NCBI GenBank assembly: GCA_000442015.1
Contig: KE560848.1
Coordinates: forward strand, 1-64,000
DNA length: 64,000 nt
Direction: 5' to 3'
Source: Rozella allomycis CSF55
Taxonomy: Eukaryota
This document shows positions 53,104 through 62,271 of this stretch, piece by piece. The translations under genes and the position numbers were made by a program. The notes below the pieces were generated by a model. The model made no database searches. It saw only the letters and a list, made by a program, of their open reading frames with translations, and was not told the origin of the DNA. Every line of letters starts with the position of its first letter. Within the stretch, counting starts at the first letter, position 1.

Positions 53104-53871
53104 ATGTTTTTTGCACGGCTAGCGATTTTACTTGGGACTGTCCTTAGTACGCCTGTATTAAGACGTACTCTTCAGCTTGATCATTATGGCTTTGAAATAA
53201 CGGTACTAGAGAACTTGTTAAAAGAAGTACCCTACTTTGAAGGTACTATGTCCATTTGTAATTACAATTTAGATTTAATGGAGTCGAATGTTTCTACGTT
53301 CAGATATTGTGACCCATTGGAGTTAGATGTTGTATCCAAATTCAGGGAAAAATTGGTCGAGGATAGTGACTATAAAATCATTGCTCAAAACTTCTTAAAA
53401 TTAGAATCAAAATTAGCTGAAACCACATTATATTTAGAAAGATTTCTTAATTTATGCTTGCTCACTTTTGGTGAAATTTTAGAGGGCATAGATTTAAACA
53501 ATAGTTTGGACCCTGATTACTTATCCGACATACAACAAAAATTGACCACTGAGTATGAATTTGTAGATGGATTACTTCCTATTGTACTTCAAAAGATGTA
53601 CTCTAGATACGAGTCATCAAATTCAGAAGATAAAAAGTTGGCCATGATCAAAATTGTCGCTGAAAAGATGCAAAGAATATACCGCTCTTTTTTTATTTTG
53701 ATTTTCAGCGGTTTTTCTAGACTTAATTCACTTATTCGATTAGCTTTGATATCCATTCATAGGTCTAAACCTGATGAAAACGCAGTGAAAGAAGCTTGCA
53801 TTTTCGCAGGTTCGTTGAAAGAATTTTCAGAAAGTTTCCGTAGTGCGCATAGATTAGAAATAAATTACTAA
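53104..53871 (+). CDS. Putative secreted helical protein of unknown function
   Basis: Intronless 255 aa; signal peptide MFFARLAILLGTVLS followed by an LRR dibasic site. Confidence 0.7.
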   Translation: MFFARLAILLGTVLSTPVLRRTLQLDHYGFEITVLENLLKEVPYFEGTMSICNYNLDLMESNVSTFRYCDPLELDVVSKFREKLVEDSDYKIIAQNFLKLESKLAETTLYLERFLNLCLLTFGEILEGIDLNNSLDPDYLSDIQQKLTTEYEFVDGLLPIVLQKMYSRYESSNSEDKKLAMIKIVAEKMQRIYRSFFILIFSGFSRLNSLIRLALISIHRSKPDENAVKEACIFAGSLKEFSESFRSAHRLEINY

Positions 53872-53958
53872 AAGTTATGGCACACTTTATTGTATATATA
53901 TATTTCGATTTTTTGGGAAATAGAAATGACATGAAATACCCCGGTTAAACCGCATCTC

Positions 53959-54522
53959 ATGGAATATTCGCATATTACCCCAGTTGTCATTGCATTAATA
54001 CATAAATACAAAGAATTACGTAAAGATTATGTATGCACACGTCGAAGCAACTCAATAACCTGCAAAAAGGAAAAGGTAATTATAGAGACGATACAATCGT
54101 TGGAAAAAAGGACACGGGAAGAAAATGCCAATACAGTCAATGAATTAAAAAAGTGTTTCGCTGATAGTATTGCTTCATTAAGTACAAACTTTGACAGACA
54201 GATTCAACAAATACAAATGCAGATTACAGATATCAACGATCGTTTGATGAAATTAGAAAAGAAGGACAGCGAAGACAAATTACAATCAGATACCCAGAAA
54301 AACATTCCATTAGTTCAAGAATTGACTCAAAGCACAGAGCCTTTAGCAAAGATTAATAATTGCAGTAAAAAGAAGAAGATCGTAAGAAAAGTCAGGGTTC
54401 AAAAGACTAAAAAAGATTCCAAGAGAATAATACTAGCTCCTTCAGCTGATTTGTTAAGGGAATGCCAAGCTAATGTTCATTCAAGTGTAAATAGCTATGC
54501 ATTTTCTTCTGATGTATGGTAA
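53959..54522 (+). CDS. Hypothetical coiled-coil protein with a basic patch
   Basis: 187-aa ORF with a heptad pattern and a KKKKIVRK segment. Confidence 0.6.
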   Translation: MEYSHITPVVIALIHKYKELRKDYVCTRRSNSITCKKEKVIIETIQSLEKRTREENANTVNELKKCFADSIASLSTNFDRQIQQIQMQITDINDRLMKLEKKDSEDKLQSDTQKNIPLVQELTQSTEPLAKINNCSKKKKIVRKVRVQKTKKDSKRIILAPSADLLRECQANVHSSVNSYAFSSDVW

Positions 54523-54547
54523 TCTACATAAAATTAAATATGTACAT

Positions 54548-54950
54548 TTATTGTTGCTTTTCTTTCTCCGCATTGATTGCTTTCTTTTCTAAACCTTCGA
54601 AATCGTACGCACGAAACCTTTTCTGGGCTCTAGCTTTTTCAAGGTCGATCATTTCCTTTCCATATTTGTAATACTGGTATGCCAGATACGAAGATCCAAA
54701 TAGCACCATTCCTAGCTCAAGAACATATGAAAATCGTACCAATTCCAACATTTCTTGTCATTTTGTATCGTGTATAATAACTTTCGGCAACATAATAAGC
54801 TCCAAACAAAGAAATAATCAAGGGAGGTCCAAACATGCAAGGTAGACATGGCTCTGGTTTTTCAGCGGTGCTTTCACTTGCAACCTTTTTCATTTCTTTA
54901 AATAGAAGACCATCTTTTTCAGAAAGAGCATCTTTAGATATATGGGGCAT
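54548..54950 (-). CDS. Small 2-TM protein with CxxC (DUF4536/TMEM261-like)
   Basis: EPCLPC precedes TM1; a 28-nt intron joins it to GMVLFGSSYLAY. Confidence 0.55.
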
Positions 54951-55024
54951 TGATTGATATTTGATTCGAGAAATTTCTGTTTCCAGTTGGAATCAAAGAT
55001 TCATCATCCATTGTTGTTTATTTT

Positions 55025-55226
55025 TATTGGGCATTAAATCTAATCGGGTGCATTCCCCTTCTCATGAGGCGACTTAGGTGAGATACGTTATTTAACGTAT
55101 GTTTTATATCTTACTGGAATGAATTTCATTATTTCAGTGATAATTACAATATAAGAAAAAATTAAAAGGCGTGCGTATTCAAGGAATTGCATCATTTATG
55201 AGATATTCTTAAACCATGCCACATGG
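55025..55226 (+). ncRNA. snR30: Candidate U17/snR30 H/ACA snoRNA
   Basis: The 3' hairpin GGCGTG/CATGCC encloses m1-like GTATTC (55175-55180) and m2 AAACCAT (55211-55217). ACA is at 55221, an ANANNA H-box lies near 55151, and the 5' domain is structured. Confidence 0.65.
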
Positions 55227-55317
55227 CAGAAAAAGCAATTCAAAATTTGATACAAGATGGTCTAAGTGTTCTTAAATCATACATTGAAATCGACAAAAAA
55301 TTTTCGCTTTATTTTCA

Positions 55318-55566
55318 TTAGGGAGTCGGAAGAATGAGTAAGCCTGCACATATCGCCTGACATTTTCCAAAAGCCGCACTACAAGCTACGAGCGCCGGAG
55401 GAGCGCCCACACCCAGCGTTACTGTTCCGAATACTGCACCGGCTGCAGCGTAGCATGCAACAACTACAGCTGCGCAACCAGCTTGACATGTTCCGTAAGA
55501 AATTGGTCCTCCAAGTGCTAATCCAATTATACATAAGAGAAGAATCAAGGATGGCCGAATGTTCAT
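55318..55566 (-). CDS. Small secreted Cys/Ala/Gly-rich protein, copy 1
   Basis: Signal peptide, then GPISYGTCQAGCAAVVVACYAAAG...ACSAAFGKCQAIC...PTP. Confidence 0.88.
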   Translation of the reverse strand: MNIRPSLILLLCIIGLALGGPISYGTCQAGCAAVVVACYAAAGAVFGTVTLGVGAPPALVACSAAFGKCQAICAGLLILPTP

Positions 55567-55599
55567 GAATATTTGTTACCGTCACTGAAGCAAAGTAGG

Positions 55600-55687
55600 G
55601 TATATATATTGCCTGTTATCTGATTCAGATAATAAGATAAGATGGGCTCATCAACGAAAATTGTACTTATCTGATGTAGTTGACAGA
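55600..55687 (-). promoter_or_regulatory. GATA-rich promoter module with a TATA-like box, copy 1
   Basis: Palindrome TTATCTGA-T-TCAGATAA at 55616-55632, a further GATAAG, a second TTATCTGAT at 55667 and TATATATA at 55601. Confidence 0.7.
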
Positions 55688-56083
55688 TGCTGATATATTT
55701 CATACAGTACTTGTGGGATCTGTTATGTCCTTAATGATAAAAGTAAATACAAACACACCTAAATGTATTTCAAATTTTTTCTGCTAGATTAACAATTGTA
55801 CTGTGTACCTACTGTGTTAACATACTTGCAGCCGTCCCTACTCGAATATTTCTGTATCATGTGAATATTGAAATGATATGCATATTAGATATGATGGTAG
55901 TTATATTTATGTATGAATTACACCCGAAATGTTAGTATCACATCATAATCTCGTCTATATAGATTATGGATCTGGTACATTGACATGCGCAATTTGATTT
56001 GGATATGGCTGGCGATTCAAAGTTTAAATTAAAAAATGTGCAAAAAAGAATACTGAAATCGATGTAAGATAAGTCTATTTTTA

Positions 56084-56329
56084 TCATGGGGTTGGAATTA
56101 TAAGTAACGCTGAACATATTGCTTGACATTTTGCAAAAACAGTACCACAGGCTATGAGAGCGGGAGGCGAACCCAAACCGAGTGTCACTGTTCCAATTAC
56201 TGCTCCCGCTGCGTGGCACACAAAAACTATTGACGCACAACTCGCTTGACAGGCTCCGTAGGACAAAGGTCCGCAGAAAGAGAATCCAATGAAACTGAAG
56301 AGGAGGATGGATGGTCGAAAAATCATCAT
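56084..56329 (-). CDS. Small secreted Cys/Ala/Gly-rich protein, copy 2
   Basis: GPLSYGACQASC...CHAAGAVIG...ACGTVFAKCQAIC...PTP. Confidence 0.85.
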   Translation of the reverse strand: MMIFRPSILLFSFIGFSFCGPLSYGACQASCASIVFVCHAAGAVIGTVTLGLGSPPALIACGTVFAKCQAICSALLIIPTP

Positions 56330-56345
56330 TATACCAATAATGCAC

Positions 56346-56421
56346 GGGTATATGTGTCACTTTTTATCTGATTTAGATAATAAGATAAGATGAAAATTTA
56401 GTAGATCTGATATAGTTGACA
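56346..56421 (-). promoter_or_regulatory. GATA-rich promoter module, copy 2
   Basis: TTATCTGATTTAGATAATAAGATAAGATG at 56364, followed by GATCTGATATAGTTGACA. Confidence 0.7.
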
Positions 56422-56500
56422 ACCTAAAGGTCATTTTCATGGCCGCATGTAGGTTTTAAGTTTTAAGCTAAAAAATTGATGATAAAATGATGAAAGACTT

Positions 56501-56733
56501 CTATCTTCGAGTAAGATATATTGAATGAATTGCTTGACATTTTTGAAAAGCTGATTGGAGAGGGCGGGAGAAGCGGATACACAAAGAGTCACCGTCCCGA
56601 ATACTGCACCGGCCGCGGCGTAGCATGCAACCGCTACCGCTATGCAATTTGCGTGACAAGGACAACAACATGTACTGCAGAAAGTGAATCCAATGAAATA
56701 GACGAGGAGGACAATGTATGATCGAAAAATCAT
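56501..56733 (-). pseudogene. Frameshifted third copy of the Cys-rich secreted gene
   Basis: It aligns to copy 1 up to SPAL; the conserved AFQKCQAI continues in another frame (net 7 nt shorter than copy 1). Confidence 0.7.
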
Positions 56734-56774
56734 GTGAGTGTCTTTGTTCTTTATCGATAATCAACTGCACCATT

Positions 56775-56865
56775 GGGTGTATATGTGTCGCTTTTTATCT
56801 GATGTAGATAATAAGATAAGATGGAATACTAAAGCGAAATTTAGTAGATTTGATCCGATTGACAG
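56775..56865 (-). promoter_or_regulatory. GATA-rich promoter module, copy 3
   Basis: TTATCTGATGTAGATAATAAGATAAGATG at 56795, followed by AAATTTAGTAGATTTGAT...TTGACAG. Confidence 0.65.
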
Positions 56866-56964
56866 CCTAGTGTTTCGTGAGGTTCTCATGTTTTTCAAAA
56901 GAATTGTGATTTGTCAATAAACTCAATAAGTTATTAAAATCTATTTGATATTTATTTAGTTGGA

Positions 56965-59146
56965 TTAACATATGGCACCTACTACTTGATTTACAATAAA
57001 CATATGTACTTGTGAAAAAGGATTCTGATTTTGTTGAGGTTGAAATGAGTTTTGCTGAAACGGATTCGATTGATTTGCAGATCTTGGAATTGAACCATTG
57101 CTATTATTTTGTGGAACATTGGTAGTTGCATACATGGATGATGATTGGTAAGCAAAGCTTGTTTGAGCTTGATTATTAAATGAAGAGTTGTTTTGAGGAG
57201 GATTATTATTAAACAAATTATGCAAAGGGACATTTTGAGTTGCATTGACATTAGCAGATGGGAATGAGTTGAAGTTTAGATTGGCATTAATTGAATTAGA
57301 AGTGTTGAAATTGGTAGGAAGTGAATTGAAATTGTTAGACGAAAAGGGATTTGATGAAGGAGCGTTGGCGGTAAATGGATTGTTTCCCATTGTATTGTTA
57401 GCAGGTTGGTTGTTGTTGAAGAAGTTGTTATTATTGCTTGAAAAAATATTATTAGTAGCAGTAGTATTCATTCCTGAGAAATTGGAGGTCTGGGCCTGAA
57501 AAGAATTATTACTTGGCAAAGGAGGATTAGTAGGATTTAGCGCGTTGAATGGGGCCTGTGAAACCGTTTTAACTGATGGTTTCATTGGCACAAGATCTGA
57601 AAATGGATCTTTGTTAGGTGGATTGATGAATCCCTGGTTAGCAGTCGGAGCAATAAGTGGCACTGAAGGAGTCAACATATTTGAATTCACTGAATGGAAT
57701 GGTTGCATCTGGGACGAAGAAAATATATTTTGGTTGGTCGGCACTTGAGACTGATTGTTTGCGAATAGATCAAAAGGATTATTGCTGGAAATAGAAGCAG
57801 TCGGTAATGGTGCTTGTTGAATGTAATTAAGATTGTTTGGCATTGCGTTAAAATTGTTATTACTGACTTGATTGAAAGGGTTGAAATTATTTTGAACGAT
57901 AGCTTGATTACCAAAAGGATCATCTTGAAAGAATTGTTGTGTCTGACTAGTAAATGAAGACTCGACGATGGTTTGATTTTGTTGAGGTAAAAATAAATTA
58001 TCTTGTTGAGCTAATCCATAAATTATATCAAAAAATACCATGGAAATCAATTAATGCTTGTCTAGGTGGGCTTGATTGTTTTCTTGTTAATTCTTTTTGG
58101 TTACTTTCAAAGTTTTGTAAATATTCTGTTAGGCTATCAATTAAAGATGCAGGCGGCTTTATTATTTACTTCATTCACATTTACTGATTTGATGTCTGGT
58201 ATTTGTGTTGACAATCCGCTTTCAACTCTTTTAGCAACTTTAAAAAAGTCAATTATTTTATCAGTAACTTCATTAAACTGTTTGTAAAGCTCTAACGCCT
58301 TTTTAGCATCTTCCTTGGTCATTTCAAAGTATTTATCTTTTAAATTAAGAAAATGGTTTATAAGTTACCAAGTATTTTTATAACTCCTTCATTTAATGCA
58401 TGGTAAAGTTTTAATGAATCTTTAACGAGGAATTTAAAAGATTCCAAGGTAACCGCATTGTCAAGTTCATCCAAGTAATACTTTAATTTTAAGAGCATTA
58501 ACAAATTACTTTGCAATTAATCAATGCCTTCACAAGCCTATTGAGTATTTCAACGTGTTTAAACAGACCAGCAGGGATGCTCATACTTCTTAACGTTGAA
58601 GTTAAATCACCATTGTCGCGACAATAATCAATTTTCAAGTCTCTAAAGGAAAAGACTTTCTCCTCTAAATAAGCTGCATAAACTCTTATATTCTTAGCTT
58701 GTTCAACCCCTAAATTCTATCTTGTCCCTTATCATACCCGCTGGCGAACTGGTTTTATCTTTAAACGATTGCAAATTAAGCACTGTTGGTTGAGTGGCCA
58801 AATATCCAAGAACTCTATCACCAGCGCTTTCTCGTGATAAATGATGAACAAGAATTAATGCCTTGAAAACAATCTATAAAGAATTGAGTCATCTAAATAC
58901 CACCCAATTGTTCTCCTTCAATCTATCAGATATAAGTCTAAAAAGATCCGCCATTGCTACGCTTCTCGAGTTGGTTGCCACCAGAATTGCTACTATTTAG
59001 TGCGTCTATATTTTACATCGAACATGCTTGGCTTTCGGCGGAGTAATCTTTCGATTGCAGGCTTTGATCACAGCTACTTCTAAATCATTTTTAAATGCTG
59101 TAGCTGCTGTAGCCTTATCCTTTACGGAATCAAAGAAATTCGACAT
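56965..59146 (-). CDS. ANTH-domain clathrin assembly protein (AP180/PICALM/Yap180-like)
   Basis: AVIKAC...PPKAKHV, NWVIVFKALILVHHL and KYFEMTKEDAKKALELYK; N/Q-rich tail with many NPF/DPF motifs. The exact stop may be near 56980. Confidence 0.92.
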
Positions 59147-59331
59147 TCGCAGTGGCTTGGATACCAAAGGTTAAAACAGATAGATGAAATTGAATTAAGA
59201 GTTGTAATGCTAACCCCAATACAAAAATATTGATGCAATAAAAATCTAATTATTTTATTGGCATCAAAAGTGTAAATACGATTTATGAAAATTTGACCTA
59301 CTTCGGAATTGCGAAAAATATTGACTCGCGG

Positions 59332-59646
59332 ATGGACTTGAGTAGTTTAGATAATGAAATCAAACAAGAAGTGGCGTTGAACATAAATACTTTGTTAGTT
59401 AATGTAACATAGTTATGTCCAGCGAGATTTAGAAAATAGAAAATACATGTTTCAAGAGGTGCATTACTAAACCAGGCGTGTCTGTTTCGAAATCTGAGCA
59501 AGTAAATAACAAATATTCAATTGTTTTAGCTTTGTCTTGCAAAATGCACAGATAGATACCTAAACGCTTTTCAGGTAGTCAGCACAGCATTCTTTTCCGT
59601 TGCACAGCAGTTGCAAGACATGCAAGATTCCGAAGATGTTGTATAA
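59332..59646 (+). CDS. TIM13: Mitochondrial small TIM chaperone Tim13 (not in the ORF track)
   Basis: Three exons: ...IKQEVALNINTLLVN|KIENTCFKRCITKPGVSVSKSEQ|LCLAKCTDRYLNAFQVVS; twin CX3C motif. Confidence 0.9.
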
Positions 59647-59682
59647 ACAATAATAAATCTACTTTTGTCTGAGCCACTCAAT

Positions 59683-62153
59683 ATGATGCTTTTACGCCGC
59701 CCTATTATTAGAGAAAACATTTTGATTTTACTTAATAGATCATATTCCTCCTCCAAATGTCAATTGGGTGATGAATGGCAAAAATTGGCAAAGAAAGAGC
59801 TTCGAGGAAAGGATCCCTCGATCTTAACATGGGAAACATTGGAGGGCATTTCTGTAAAGCCGGTGTATACATCAGAAGATATTAAGAATATTGAACATGA
59901 AATACCTGGAAAGTATCCATACACAAGGGGTCCTTATGCAACTATGTATACTGTCCGCCCCTGGACAATTAGGCAATATGCTGGGTTTTCAACAGTTGAG
60001 GAGAGCAATGCTTTCTATAAGAGAAATTTAGAAGCTGGACAGCAAGGACTTTCTGTTGCATTTGATTTAGCAACACATAGAGGATACGATTCCGACCACG
60101 AGCGAGTTGTAATTATTTAACGTGCGTATCTATAAGGTAGGTGATGTAGGAATGGCAGGTGTTGCTATTGATTCTGTAGAAGACATGAAAGTAAATTTTA
60201 TTGAAAGTTGAAAAGTGATTCTATTTGATGGCATTCCTTTGAATAAGATGAGTGTTTCAATGACAATGAATGGTGCTGTTTTACCCATTTTGGCCATGTA
60301 CATCGTGGCGGCTGAAGAACAAGTAGGATTGAGATTTTTGAAGGATATAGGGCGCCAAGCAAGAAGAGTTGACTGGAACAATACAAAATGATATTTTGAA
60401 AGAATTTATGGTCCGAAATACATTTATTTATCCTCCCGAACCTTCAATGAAAATAATCGGTGATATTTTCGCATACACTTCGAAACATATGCCAAAATAC
60501 AATGCAATTTCAATATCAGGTTATCACATGCAAGAGGCAGGAGCAGATAATGCTTTAGAATTAGCGTTTACAATCTCTAATGGTTTGGAATATATTCGTA
60601 CTGGCATAAAAGCAGGAATGCATGTGGATGAATTCGCGCCTAGACTGTCATTCTTTTTTGGAATAGGAATGAATTTTTTCATGGTAAGTTCTATTAATAA
60701 ACTAGAAAGGAAATTGCAAAACTGAGAGCCGCCAGAAAGTTGTGGGCTGAATATGTTTCAAAAATGTTTGATGTCAAGAATCAAAAAAGCCTGCTTTTGA
60801 GAACGCATTGTCAAACATCCGGATGGTCATTGACTGAACAAGTATTCATTTATATATTAACGACAAAAGGATCCCTACAATAATATTATTAGAACAACTG
60901 TTGAAGCCATGGCTGCTACCCTCGGAGGCACGCAATCATTACATACCAATTCTTTTGATGAGGCAGTAGGCCTACCAACTGATTTTAGCGCCAGAATAGC
61001 TAGAAATACCCAGTTAATTTTACAAGAAGAAGCGATGATACCTAAAGTTGCGGATCCCTGGTAATTAAGAATGGTCATTTTTGCAGGGGTGGATCATACA
61101 TGATGGAAAATTTAACCGAAGAACTTTATAAAAAAGCTAAAACAATTATTGATGAAGTGGAAGAAATGGGTGGAATGGCAAAAGCCGTTGTGTCTGGAAT
61201 GCCTAAACTAAAGATTGAAGAGTCGGCAGCCAAGAGACAGGCGAAAATAGATTCTGGAGCTGGTAATTATTTGCCTTTTATTATAAAGAAACAATTGTTG
61301 GAGTTAACAAGTATCGAGTGGCAAAGGAAGAGAAAATAGAAGTTCTGCAAATTGACAATACAGAAGTGCGCAGAAAGCAAGTAGAAAGACTGGAGAAAGT
61401 TAAGAAAAATAGAAATGAAGAGAATGCCAAGAAAATTTTAGAAAGAATTACAAAGGCGGCAAAATCAGGTGAAGAGAATCTACTAAGTTTGGCAATTGAG
61501 GCATCAAGGGCACGATGTACCGTAGGAGAAATTTCATTGGCGCTAGAAAATGTAAAAAATAATTTTGCTATACATGTTAGGTGTGGGGACGCCATCAACC
61601 AGACATTCGTGTTGTTAGTGGTGCCTACAAAAATGAATACGGAGAATCAGAAGAAATTAAGAAGGCCATGAAAAGAGTAGAAGAATTTAATAATAAATAT
61701 GGGAGACGCCCCAGAATACTTGTTGCTAAAATGGGACAAGATGGGCACGACCGCGGAGCAAAGGTTATTGCCACTGGATTGAGTGATCTTGGATTTGATG
61801 TTGATGTAGGTCCATTGTTTCAGACACCATCTGAAGTAGCAAGGCAGGCGATTGATGCGGATGTACATGTTATTGGAGTTAGCTCGCAAGCAGCCGGGCA
61901 CAAGTCTCTTGTACCAGCATTAATTAAAGAGCTTGAAAAGGAAGGTATAAATGATAAGATTGTCGTTTGCGGTGGTGTTATTCCACCTCAAGACTATGAA
62001 TTTTTGTACAAGGTTGGAGTAGCAGCTATTTTTGGTAGACTTATCTTTGAGTGAATAATTATAGGGCCTGGAACTAAATTACCTGAAGCTGCAATAGCGG
62101 TGGTTCAAGCAATTGAAGAGAAAATATCCAAGATTCCAAATTATGTAGTGTAA
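59683..62153 (+). CDS. MMUT: Methylmalonyl-CoA mutase (adenosylcobalamin-dependent)
   Basis: [38 protein letters not shown] and the B12-binding DGHDRG...SSQAAGH...GG; presequence-like N-terminus. Confidence 0.97.
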
Positions 62154-62271
62154 TAAAATGAAGATGTTTGGTTATTTGACATTTTTAGTATTTTTTAGTG
62201 TATTTGTGATTTAATTCCAATTCTTTTATCATTCTAGAAAATTCCCTTTTAGAATAACCCTGGTTTAACCA

